This document shows, one piece after another, positions 32,314-42,660 of a stretch of 64,000 nt of DNA. The translations under genes and the position numbers were made by a program. Below the pieces are notes generated by a model. The model was not told the origin of the DNA and ran no database searches. It saw nothing but the letters and a program-made list of their open reading frames with translations. Where the stretch lies: contig JAWLBL010000003.1 of NCBI GenBank assembly GCA_041687695.1, forward strand, positions 279,660 through 343,659, in the 5' to 3' direction. Origin of the DNA: Myxococcota bacterium (lineage in GTDB: Bacteria; Myxococcota_A; UBA9042; PHBI01; JAWLBL01). Every line of letters starts with the position of its first letter. Position 1 is the stretch's first letter.

Positions 32314-34191
32314 ATGGAACAGCACGCGCACGACCTCGACCACGGCCAGCACGGCGCCCCCGACGACGCGGCGGGCGCCGACGCCGAGCTGCATCGCATC
32401 CGCCACAGCCTCGCGCACGTCATGGCGCAGGCGGTGCTCGAGCTCCGGCCCGGGTCGACCCTCGGCTTCGGGCCGCCGATCGCGGACGGCTTCTACTACG
32501 ACTTCATCCTCTCCGAGCCGCTGACCGAGGCGGACTTCCCGGAGATCGAAAAGCGCATGAAGCACCTCATCAAGCAGAACCACGCGTTCGAGCGCGAGGA
32601 GCTGCCGCGTGAGGAGGCCATGGCGCGCCTCGACGAGATGGGCGAGCCGTACAAGCGCGAGTACGCCGAGGAGCTGTTCGAGAAGAAGGGCCTGAGCACG
32701 CTCAGCTTCTATCGCACGGGCAAGTTCCTCGACATGTGCGACGGGCCGCACGTGCAGACCAGCCGGCAGATCCCGGCGGGCGCCTTCAAGCTGCGCAGCC
32801 TCGCGGGCGCCTACTGGCGGGGCGACAGCCGCAACGTGATGATGACCCGCATCTACGCCTGGGCCTTCCACACCAAGGAGGAGCTCGAGGCGCACGTGAA
32901 GGCCTACCACGAGGCCCTGGCGCGCGATCACAAGAAGCTCGGCAAGGAGCTGGACCTCTTCGTCATCGACGACACCATCGGCAAGGGCCTGCCGCTGTGG
33001 CTGCCGAACGGCACCGTCGTCCGCGACGAGCTCGAGAAGCTGATGCGCGAGCTGGAGTTCAAGGCGGGCTACGACCGGGTCGCGACGCCGCACCTGGCCA
33101 AGGTGGACCTGTACTACCAGACCGGCCACCTGCCGTACTACGCGCCGCACATGTACCCCATCATGGAGCTCAAGGAGACCCGCGAGACGGAAGGCGGCGT
33201 GGTCGAGGAGATCAAGGAGGCCTACTGCCTGCGGCCGATGAACTGCCCGCACCACCACAAGGTCTTCGCGGCGCGCATGCGGTCGTATCGCGACCTGCCG
33301 CTGCGTCTGGCGGAGTACGGGCAGGTCTATCGCTTCGAGGACTCGGGCGCGCTGTCGGGCCTGCTGCGCGTGCGCGGCATGTGCATGAACGACGCGCACA
33401 TCTACTGCACCGAGGACCAGATCAAGAGCGAGTTCCTGAAGGTGATGGACATGCACCGCGAGGTCTACGAGATCCTCGGGCTGTCCAACTACTACTTCCG
33501 GTTCTCGACCTGGGACCCCGAGGACCCCAAGGGCAAGGACAAGTACGTCAACAACCCCGAGGCCTGGGAGAAGACGCAGCGCCTGGTCTACGAGGCGATG
33601 GTCGAGAGCGGGCTGCCCTTCAAGGAGGGCAAGGGCGAGGCGGCCTTCTACGGGCCGAAGATCGACGTGCAGTTCAAGACGGTGACCGGACGCGAGGAGA
33701 CGGCCAGCACCAACCAGCTGGACTTCGCGGTCCCCGAGCGCCTGGACCTGCGCTACACGGGTCCGGACAACAAGGAGCACCGGCCCTACATCATCCACCG
33801 GGCGCCGCTGGGGACCCACGAGCGCTTCGTGGCCTTCCTCATCGAGCACTACGGCGGCGCGTTCCCGACCTGGCTCGCGCCCGTGCAGGTGCGCTTCGTC
33901 ACGGTGGGCGAGCGCTTCAACGAGCACGCCGAGAAGCTCTGCGCCGAGCTGCGGGGCGCCCCCGGTGCCATGGTCCGCGCCGAGGTCGACGAGTCGGCCG
34001 ACACGATGGGCAAGAAGATCCGCAACGCGGTGACCCGCAAGATCCCGAACATCGCCGTCATCGGCGAGCGCGAGCAGGCCGAGGGGACCGTCACCTGGCG
34101 ACGCTACGGCCGGCAGGACCAGGAGACGGTGCCGTTCGCCGAGTTCAAGGCGCGCGTGCTCGAGGCCATCGCCACGCGGAGCCGTAGCTGA
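32314..34191 (+). CDS. thrS: Threonine--tRNA ligase
   Basis: RHSLAHVMAQAV and CDGPH (editing domain), RDHKKLG, LRPMNCPHH, GLLRVRG, GEAAFYGPKID and FPTWLAPVQV. Confidence 0.97.
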   Translation: MEQHAHDLDHGQHGAPDDAAGADAELHRIRHSLAHVMAQAVLELRPGSTLGFGPPIADGFYYDFILSEPLTEADFPEIEKRMKHLIKQNHAFEREELPREEAMARLDEMGEPYKREYAEELFEKKGLSTLSFYRTGKFLDMCDGPHVQTSRQIPAGAFKLRSLAGAYWRGDSRNVMMTRIYAWAFHTKEELEAHVKAYHEALARDHKKLGKELDLFVIDDTIGKGLPLWLPNGTVVRDELEKLMRELEFKAGYDRVATPHLAKVDLYYQTGHLPYYAPHMYPIMELKETRETEGGVVEEIKEAYCLRPMNCPHHHKVFAARMRSYRDLPLRLAEYGQVYRFEDSGALSGLLRVRGMCMNDAHIYCTEDQIKSEFLKVMDMHREVYEILGLSNYYFRFSTWDPEDPKGKDKYVNNPEAWEKTQRLVYEAMVESGLPFKEGKGEAAFYGPKIDVQFKTVTGREETASTNQLDFAVPERLDLRYTGPDNKEHRPYIIHRAPLGTHERFVAFLIEHYGGAFPTWLAPVQVRFVTVGERFNEHAEKLCAELRGAPGAMVRAEVDESADTMGKKIRNAVTRKIPNIAVIGEREQAEGTVTWRRYGRQDQETVPFAEFKARVLEAIATRSRS

Positions 34192-34193
34192 CG

Positions 34194-35252
34194 ATGACTG
34201 GCCCGGGGCTGACCTCGGGCCTCGCGTCGTCCGCCCGCCAAGGGAGGTCGGCGCCGCTCGTCGTGGCGGCGCTGGCCGCGCTGCTCGTCTGCGGGTCGGC
34301 CATCTCGTGGCTGATGGCGGGCGACGGGGCGCGTCCGGCCGCCCACCTGACGCTCGGGCTGGTCGCTGGGCTGGCCGGCGTGCTCGCGGGCGCCCGCTGG
34401 TCGGTGCAGGCCCTGGTCGCGCCGGTGGCCCTGGCGGCGCTGGTGTTGACCGCGCTGCTGTTCGGCACCGCGCTGGGGAGCCCCGAGCTGGGCGCCTACC
34501 GCACGGTGCAGCTGGGGCTCCCGGTGCAGCCGGCGCCCTTCTGGGTGCTGGCGGCCCAGCTGGCGGCCGTGGCGGCGGCCGGGGGCGATCGACGCGCGCG
34601 CGGCTGGCTGGCGGTCGCGCTGGCGGGCTGCCTGGCCAGCGCCTGGGCGATGCGCGAGCTGTCGGTCGTGCCCCAGACCGCCGCCGCCCTGGTCGCCATC
34701 ACCTTCAGCGTGGGCCGGTACGGGCTCGTGCTGGTGACCCTGGCCGTCACGGGCCTGGTGGTCGCGCTCAGCGCCGGCCTGCCCTACGTCAAGCGGCGCT
34801 GGGTCGGCTGGCTGGACCCCGACGGCCACGCCCGCGGTGCCGGCTGGGACTACCAGGCGCTGCGCCGGACCGTCCAGGGCAGCCGCTGGCTGGGCCCCGC
34901 CGAGGCGCCGCTGCCGCGCGTCTCCTCGCCCTTCGCCGACTACTGGTTGGCGTCGGCCATGTGGCGCCTGGGGCGGCTGCCCGTGCTGGGCTGGACGCTG
35001 GGGCTGGCGGCGACCCTGGTCGCGGCGGGCGCGCCGACGCTGCGCGGCCCTGCCGGGCCCGGCGTGTTGCTGACCCGCGCCGTGGCGGCCGGGATGCTGG
35101 CCTCGCTGGCCATCCACGTCGCCTACAACGTGGGCCTGATGCCCGTGACCGCCGTCGACCCGCCGCTGGCCGGCCCCGGCGGCGCCTCGGTGGCCCTGCA
35201 GCTCTTCGCCCTGTGCTTCGGGCTCAGCCACCGCGGCGAGGCGGCGCGCTGA
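34194..35252 (+). CDS. Divergent FtsW/RodA/SpoVE (SEDS) family membrane protein
   Basis: About 10 TM segments; VQP, PYVKRRW..WLDP..G.DYQ, FADY and NVGLMPVTAVDPPLAGPGGAS resemble SEDS motifs. Confidence 0.6.
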   Translation: MTGPGLTSGLASSARQGRSAPLVVAALAALLVCGSAISWLMAGDGARPAAHLTLGLVAGLAGVLAGARWSVQALVAPVALAALVLTALLFGTALGSPELGAYRTVQLGLPVQPAPFWVLAAQLAAVAAAGGDRRARGWLAVALAGCLASAWAMRELSVVPQTAAALVAITFSVGRYGLVLVTLAVTGLVVALSAGLPYVKRRWVGWLDPDGHARGAGWDYQALRRTVQGSRWLGPAEAPLPRVSSPFADYWLASAMWRLGRLPVLGWTLGLAATLVAAGAPTLRGPAGPGVLLTRAVAAGMLASLAIHVAYNVGLMPVTAVDPPLAGPGGASVALQLFALCFGLSHRGEAAR

Positions 35253-35258
35253 CGAGGC

Positions 35259-35681
35259 TCAGGGCCGCTGGGCGAGATCCCGGGCGCGCTTGCGGTTCTC
35301 GCTGCGGGCGACGTCGATGGCGTCGAAGATCTGCAGCGGCCAGAAGAGCATCGCCAGGAACACGGTCGGCAGCGACAGCATGGTCACGATGAGCCAGCCG
35401 ATGCCGCGGGCCGAGCGGCCGGCGTAGATCTGGCCGGCGCCCGGGATGACCATGCTGAGCAGCCCCGCCACGGCCGGCGAGTGGGGGGGCTCGACGACGA
35501 TGACCGCGGGCGGGGACTTCGGCGCGGACGCCCGGTCGACCAGCTCGCGCTCGAGGTTGGCGGCGCACACGTCGCAGTAGTTGCGGCCGAACATCTTGTT
35601 GCGGCAGCTCGGGCACACGCCGCCGCCGCAGGCGCAGCAGGCCGCGACGGCCGGGAGATCGAGGTGGACGGCGCAGTTCAT
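35259..35681 (-). CDS. B-box-type zinc finger protein with a TM2-like membrane domain
   Basis: CAVH-x7-CCAC-x4-CPSC-x9-CDVC; AGLLSMVIPGAGQIYAG. Confidence 0.75.
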   Translation of the reverse strand: MNCAVHLDLPAVAACCACGGGVCPSCRNKMFGRNYCDVCAANLERELVDRASAPKSPPAVIVVEPPHSPAVAGLLSMVIPGAGQIYAGRSARGIGWLIVTMLSLPTVFLAMLFWPLQIFDAIDVARSENRKRARDLAQRP

Positions 35682-36226
35682 GGGTCACCTCGGCGGTAGA
35701 CGACCGGGCCGTCGAGGCGCTCCCAGTCGGGGACGAGCAGCTCGCGGGCGGCGAGCCAGCCGAGGACCTGCTCGGCCTCGTCGGGGTGGAGGGCGAAGTC
35801 GCGCACGAGGTCGGCGTGGGTCACGGCCGGGGCTCGGAGCGCGCGGAAGACGCCCAGGGCGCGGGCCTCGAGGCGCTGGCGACGGTGGCGGCGCCAGACG
35901 CTGCGCCCATGGATCATGGCAGCGAGGACGAGGACACCCGCGGCGAGCGACCCAAGCGGCGGTCCGACGACCGCCATGCTCACAGCGCACAAGTACAGCC
36001 CAAGAGGGCCAGCGAGCGCGGCGATGGAAGGTCTGCTGGGCAAGTCGGGCAAGCTGTGTGTCGGCTGTGGCCCAGGGAGGGCCGCCGGCGCCGTGAGGGC
36101 GCAGGTGCGGCAGGCGAAGCGGCCGCCCTCGGGCGCGAGGACCCGGCAGTCGGCGCACACGAACCGCCCGCAGCGTGTGCAGGCGCCCAGGGCGGGGCGG
36201 CTCGGGTGGGTCTCGCAGGCGGACAT
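35678..36226 (-). CDS. B-box-type zinc finger membrane protein
   Basis: Start MSACETHP; CTRCGRFVCADC...CRTC, two TM segments, and a C-terminal region resembling a winged helix. Confidence 0.7.
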   Translation of the reverse strand: MSACETHPSRPALGACTRCGRFVCADCRVLAPEGGRFACRTCALTAPAALPGPQPTHSLPDLPSRPSIAALAGPLGLYLCAVSMAVVGPPLGSLAAGVLVLAAMIHGRSVWRRHRRQRLEARALGVFRALRAPAVTHADLVRDFALHPDEAEQVLGWLAARELLVPDWERLDGPVVYRRGDP

Positions 36227-36285
36227 GACGGCCTCGCTGGTTCGGCGGACCCAACGCGGGGCCGGGTCCGCCGCTTCCCAGCCTA

Positions 36286-37683
<1,398 letters not shown>

Positions 37684-37953
37684 GGAGCTCTCCTGGAGTC
37701 GGTTCTAGGGCGTACGGGCGCGAACGCAGCGGGCTAGGCCGACCGGCGGATGTCCGGTTGATGCAAGACGCCTATCTGGAACCACATGGTGGCGCGGACG
37801 ATCGCAGAATCGCGGGTGGTTGTGAAGGGCTCGGATGCGACGATCCGAGGTGGGTTCCAACCCGCGGACGCCCCTGCCATTCCGCCGGCCACAGTGGACC
37901 GCGCCCGCCGGCTCTGCTTGTATCGCGCCCACCCCGCCGACCCGGAGCCGCCC

Positions 37954-38757
37954 ATGTCCGAACCCATCGCCCTGACCTTCGAGGGCCACGTCGCCACCGC
38001 CGCCCTGACCCGCCCCACCATGGACCCCGCCTTCTTCGACGCGCTCGAGAAGCTGCCGGCGCGCCTCGCCGAGCTCGACGACCTGCGCGCGGTCGTGCTC
38101 CACGGCCCCGACAAGGCCTTCAGCTACGGGCTCGACCTGCCCGCGACCTTCAAGGCCCACGGGCGCCTGTTCTCGGGGGGCGGCCTGGCCGCCGAGCGCA
38201 CCGAGCTGCTGGCGCTCATCCGCCGCTGGCAGGCCGCCTTCACGGCCATGGCCCAGCTGCCCGTGCCGACCATCGCCGCGCTGCACGGCTGGTGCATCGG
38301 CGGCGGCCTGGATCTCGCCAGCGCCTGCGACGTGCGCCTCGCCAGCCGCGACGCGAAGATCTCGCTGCGCGAGACGAAGATCGCCATCGTCGCCGACCTG
38401 GGGAGCCTGCAGCGCCTGCCCGCCCTCATCGGCCAGGGCCACACGCGCGAGCTGGCGTTCACCGGCAAGACCATCGACGCCCAGCGCGCCCACGCCATCG
38501 GCCTGGTCAACGACCTCTTCGACGACCGCGAGGCCGTCGTGGCCGCCGCCCACGCCATGGCCCGCGAGATCGCCGCCAACCCGCCGCTGACCGTCCGCGG
38601 CGTCAAGGACGTCCTGGACTTCGGCCTCGGGCGCCGCCCCGAGGACGGCCTGTCCTACGTCGCCGCCTGGAACAGCGCCTTTCTGGCCTCCGAGGACCTG
38701 GCCGAGGCCGTCTCGGCCTTCATGGCGCGCCGCGAGCCGGTCTTCAAGGGGCGCTGA
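37954..38757 (+). CDS. Enoyl-CoA hydratase/isomerase (delta3,5-delta2,4-dienoyl-CoA isomerase-like)
   Basis: FSYGLDL, GWCIGGGLDLASACDVR, ADLGSLQRLP and ELAFTG. Confidence 0.9.
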   Translation: MSEPIALTFEGHVATAALTRPTMDPAFFDALEKLPARLAELDDLRAVVLHGPDKAFSYGLDLPATFKAHGRLFSGGGLAAERTELLALIRRWQAAFTAMAQLPVPTIAALHGWCIGGGLDLASACDVRLASRDAKISLRETKIAIVADLGSLQRLPALIGQGHTRELAFTGKTIDAQRAHAIGLVNDLFDDREAVVAAAHAMAREIAANPPLTVRGVKDVLDFGLGRRPEDGLSYVAAWNSAFLASEDLAEAVSAFMARREPVFKGR

Positions 38758-38824
38758 GGGCCCTGAAGCGTCCTGGCGCAGCGGCACCTTGACCCAGAGG
38801 CCTCCTCGGCGCTCTACTAGGGGC

Positions 38825-39448
38825 ATGAGCAGCACCCGAATCTACCGTAGTCTGCGCACGCTGGTGATCGCCGGCGGGCTGACCGTGGCTCCCCTCGCGC
38901 TGGCCGCCCCCGAGGCGCCGGTCGCCGCCGCGCCGGCGGTGTGCGAGGGCCTCGATCTGGTCCAGGCCCTGTCGGGGCTGACCTCGGGTCCGAACGTGCG
39001 GGTCGAGCGGCGGGCCGACGCCCTCGAGCTGGTCGACGTCCGCTCGGGGCAGGCGCTGGTGGTGGCCCACTGCGGCGGGCTGACGCTGGCCGGCCCCGAG
39101 GTCGTGCAGCGGCCCGAGCCGGGGCAGCCGACGCGCGCGCTCGAGACGCGCAAGGCCTCGGGCGAGCGGGCCTGGACCCACGTGGCCAGCGCGCGCGGCG
39201 CCCGCGTCACGGTGATCGAGCCCGGCGAGGTGAACGCGACCGGGCTGCACGTCGTGGCCTTCGACTCGGGCGACGTGCACGTCACCGACGGGCGGGGTCT
39301 CGTGATGTTCGCGACGGCGACCCTGGCCGACGGCACCTACGTCGAGCGCCAGCACGCCGCGTACGGCTGCGGCTGCGAGCGGCGCACGGCCCCCGACGGG
39401 GCGGTCACCGAGGCCCCGCTGCCGACGCCGGCCCGCGCCGCTCGATAG
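38825..39448 (+). CDS. Hypothetical secreted protein
   Basis: Signal peptide-like N-terminus (LVIAGGLTVAPLALA); C-terminal YGCGCER. Confidence 0.6.
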   Translation: MSSTRIYRSLRTLVIAGGLTVAPLALAAPEAPVAAAPAVCEGLDLVQALSGLTSGPNVRVERRADALELVDVRSGQALVVAHCGGLTLAGPEVVQRPEPGQPTRALETRKASGERAWTHVASARGARVTVIEPGEVNATGLHVVAFDSGDVHVTDGRGLVMFATATLADGTYVERQHAAYGCGCERRTAPDGAVTEAPLPTPARAAR

Positions 39449-39563
39449 ACGATTCGCTAGACGCCTGGCCCTTTCGCGTCGCCGCCCGGGCGAGTAAGCT
39501 CCGCGCCTCTCCACCACCCGACCCTCGCCGGCGCGCGGCGCCCGAGGCTGTGAAGGACGGCGC

Positions 39564-41312
39564 ATGACCCCCGATCGCGACGATCTGCTGGCCCGCGCGC
39601 GGGCCTGGCTGACCGAGGACTTCGACGTCGAGACCCGGCGCGAGCTCGAGCAGCTCATCGACGCCGACGACTTCGCGTCGCTGGCCGAGCGCTTCGCCGG
39701 GCCGCTCGAGTTCGGCACCGCCGGGCTGCGTGGGCTGGTCGGGGCGGGCCCCGGGCGCATGAACGCCGTGGTGGTGGCGCGCGCGACGGCGGGGCTGGCG
39801 CAGCAGATCAAGGAGACCCTGCCCGACGCGGCCGAGCGCGGGGTGGTCATCGCGCGCGACGGCCGGCGCATGTCGCCCGAGCTGGCGCGGATCGCGGCCG
39901 AGATCCTGGCCGGGCACGGCGTGAAGGTGCTGTGGTTCGAGGCGCCGGTGCCGACGCCGGTGGCGGCGTTTGCGGGCAAGCATCTGAACGCGGCGGCCAT
40001 CGCGGTGGTGACGGCCAGCCACAACCCGCCGGAGTACAACGGCTTCAAGGTCTATGGCGACAGCGGCCACCAGATCGTGCCGCCCCAGGACGAGCGCATC
40101 CGTGCGATCGCCGACGGCGTGGCGTCGGCGCGCGAGCTGCCGCGGCGCGACTTCGACGACGCGGTGCGCGGGGGCCTCGTGCAGGTCCTGGGCGACGAGC
40201 TGGAGGAGGCGTACCTGAAGGCGCTGGACGACCAGTGCCTGGGCAGCGTGCCGCCGCCGGCACAGGTGACCGCGGTGCATACGGCGCTGCACGGCGTCGG
40301 GGACCGGTGGATCCACCGGGCGCTGACGCGGCGCGGGTTCACGGACGTGCACCGGGTCGCGGCGCAGGCCGAGCCGAACGCGGCGTTCCCGACCGTGCGC
40401 TTCCCGAACCCCGAGGAGGCGGGCGCGCTGGATCTTGCGACCGAGGAGGCGCGGGCGCGCGGGGCCGAGCTGATCCTGGCCAACGACCCGGACGCCGACC
40501 GGCTGTGCGTGGCGGTGGCGGACGCGGCGTCGAGCGACGGGTTCCGCGTGCTGACGGGCAACCAGCTGGGCATCCTGCTGGCGGACTGGCTGCTGGGCGA
40601 GCGGCAGCGGCAGGGCAAGCTGCCGGACAAGCCGCTGGTGGTGACGACCATCGTCTCGACGTCGATGCTCGAGCGGGTGGCGGCGGCGTACGGCGCGCGG
40701 TGCGACGAGGTGCTGACCGGCTTCAAGTGGCTGTGGAAGAAGGCGCTGGAGCTCGAGCCCCAGGGGTACACGTGGGTGTTCGGGTTCGAGGAGGCGCTGG
40801 GGTACTGCGTGGGGCCGGCGGTGCGCGACAAGGACGGCGTCAGCGCGGCGCAGGTGGCGCTCGAGCTGGCGGCGGCGCTCAAGGCGCAGGGCAAGACGCT
40901 GCTCGACCGGCTCGAGGAGCTGACGCGTCAGCACGGCGTGTACGCGACCAGCCAGGTGTCGACGACGCTGCCGGGGATCGAGGGCGCGGCGCGCATCCAG
41001 CAGGTGATGAAGCAGCTGCGGGCCGGCCCGCCCGGCGCCATCGCCGGCAGCCGGGTGACGCGGGCGCGGGATCTGATGGACGCGGCGCAGACGGGCGGGC
41101 TGCCCAGGAGCAACGTCCTGACCTGGTGGCTCGAGGACGACAGCCGGGTCATCTTCCGGCCGAGCGGGACCGAGCCGAAGCTCAAGGCGTACCTCGAGGT
41201 GCGGCAGGAGGTCGGGGCGGGCGCGGGCGCGCTGGCCGACGCCGAGCGGCGGGCGCGGGCGCGGCTGGGCGAGCTGGAGGCGTGGGTGCGGCAGGTCGTC
41301 GCCCCGGGGTGA
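39564..41312 (+). CDS. Phosphoglucomutase/phosphomannomutase
   Basis: LEFGTAGLRG, TASHNP, DPDADR, FEEALG and RPSGTEPKLKAY. Confidence 0.93.
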   Translation: MTPDRDDLLARARAWLTEDFDVETRRELEQLIDADDFASLAERFAGPLEFGTAGLRGLVGAGPGRMNAVVVARATAGLAQQIKETLPDAAERGVVIARDGRRMSPELARIAAEILAGHGVKVLWFEAPVPTPVAAFAGKHLNAAAIAVVTASHNPPEYNGFKVYGDSGHQIVPPQDERIRAIADGVASARELPRRDFDDAVRGGLVQVLGDELEEAYLKALDDQCLGSVPPPAQVTAVHTALHGVGDRWIHRALTRRGFTDVHRVAAQAEPNAAFPTVRFPNPEEAGALDLATEEARARGAELILANDPDADRLCVAVADAASSDGFRVLTGNQLGILLADWLLGERQRQGKLPDKPLVVTTIVSTSMLERVAAAYGARCDEVLTGFKWLWKKALELEPQGYTWVFGFEEALGYCVGPAVRDKDGVSAAQVALELAAALKAQGKTLLDRLEELTRQHGVYATSQVSTTLPGIEGAARIQQVMKQLRAGPPGAIAGSRVTRARDLMDAAQTGGLPRSNVLTWWLEDDSRVIFRPSGTEPKLKAYLEVRQEVGAGAGALADAERRARARLGELEAWVRQVVAPG

Positions 41313-41369
41313 CGCGCCGTCGGGCTTCGTGCTAGCAATCGCGTCGTCCCCTATTGGCAGCAGGAGCGC

Positions 41370-41810
41370 GTGATGGACGAGGGATCGGCGGCGGTGATGA
41401 CCGAGTACGTGCTCGAGGAAAAGCGCCTGCGCGCCAAGCTGGGCGTCCTCGAGCAGCAGCTGGTCGAGCCCGAGGCGCGGCTGGAAAAAGCCAAGGCGAT
41501 CCTGCTCAAGGCCAAGGCGGCCTACGAGCAGGCGCTGGAGGTGGTCAAGCCGCTGCGATCGGACAAGACGCTGCTCGAGGGCGAGCTGCAGCTGCTCGAG
41601 GAGAAGAAGCAGAAGCTGCGCATGGAGATGCGCATGCAGGAGGCGGGGCAGATCCGGCCGGGCACCAGCGAGTTCGTCGAGCAGATGAGCCAGCTGGTCG
41701 GCAGCCCCGAGGAGCTGGCCCTGCGCAAGGCGACCAAGGACGCCGAGGCCGACGAGGCGCTGGCGCGGCTCAAGGGCAAGATGAACGGCGGCAAGGACGG
41801 CGCGCAGTAG
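41370..41810 (+). CDS. Coiled-coil protein with a PspA-like C-terminal tail
   Basis: Heptad pattern throughout; ends ADEALARLKGKM. GTG start with AGGAG SD. Confidence 0.6.
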   Translation: MMDEGSAAVMTEYVLEEKRLRAKLGVLEQQLVEPEARLEKAKAILLKAKAAYEQALEVVKPLRSDKTLLEGELQLLEEKKQKLRMEMRMQEAGQIRPGTSEFVEQMSQLVGSPEELALRKATKDAEADEALARLKGKMNGGKDGAQ

Positions 41811-41877
41811 CGCGGGCGTCGGGCCTTGGGCCGCCGGCCGTTGGCGCCGGCGACCGCGGGGTCTATGATGGGTCGCG

Positions 41878-42657
41878 ATGACCGTCGTGGACCTCACCGA
41901 GCGGCTCAACCTGGGGCGCGTGGCGGCCAACCGGCTGATGCGCTCCATCTCGCGCGTGCCCGACCCGCGGCAGTGGCCGCCGCTGGTGCGCGAGCTGTGC
42001 GAGACCTTCGACCCCGACGAGCTGGCCGAGGCGCTGTACGGGCTGGTGTTCGAGGCGGTGGCCGGCGACAGCCGCGCGGGGTGGCTGGCGACGGCGCAGC
42101 TGCTGTGCGGGGACGGGCTGCCCTACGCGACGGCGCAGGCGATCTATCGGGCGGCCGTCGAGCGCGAGCTGACGGTCGTCAGGATGATCCTGCTGGCGGG
42201 CGAGCAGGCGCACCGGACGGCCCACGAGCGCGAGTTCCGGCCGGACGACCTGCTGGGCAGCCTGACCCTGGGCGAGCGCAAGGCGATGGCGCGGCGGCGG
42301 GACCCCGAGCTGCTGGACCGGCTGGTCGGCGACGGCGACCCGGCGGTCATCGACATCCTGCTGGGCAACCCGCGGACGACCGAGGCGCAGGTGGTGCGGC
42401 TGGCGTCGCGGCGGCCGAACCGGGCCCGGGTCCTGGCGCAGGTCGGGCGTGCCCATGGCGGCAAGTGGCTGGCCCAGTCGGCGGTGCAGCGGGCGCTGGT
42501 CCTCAACCCCTACGCGCCGGTGAAGATGGCGGTGGCGCTGGCGCCGCTGTTGCCGCGGCAGGCCCTGCGCGAGGTGAAGACCGCCAGCGGGCTGAACCCG
42601 CTGGTGACCGGCCTCGCCGGCGAGCTGCTGGCGCTGGGCGAGCGGGCCGCCGGGTAG
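41878..42657 (+). CDS. Conserved hypothetical helical-repeat protein
   Basis: LTLGERKAMARR, LLGNPRTTEAQV and ALVLNPYAP repeats; typical coding codon bias. Confidence 0.65.
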   Translation: MTVVDLTERLNLGRVAANRLMRSISRVPDPRQWPPLVRELCETFDPDELAEALYGLVFEAVAGDSRAGWLATAQLLCGDGLPYATAQAIYRAAVERELTVVRMILLAGEQAHRTAHEREFRPDDLLGSLTLGERKAMARRRDPELLDRLVGDGDPAVIDILLGNPRTTEAQVVRLASRRPNRARVLAQVGRAHGGKWLAQSAVQRALVLNPYAPVKMAVALAPLLPRQALREVKTASGLNPLVTGLAGELLALGERAAG

Positions 42658-42660
42658 CGC

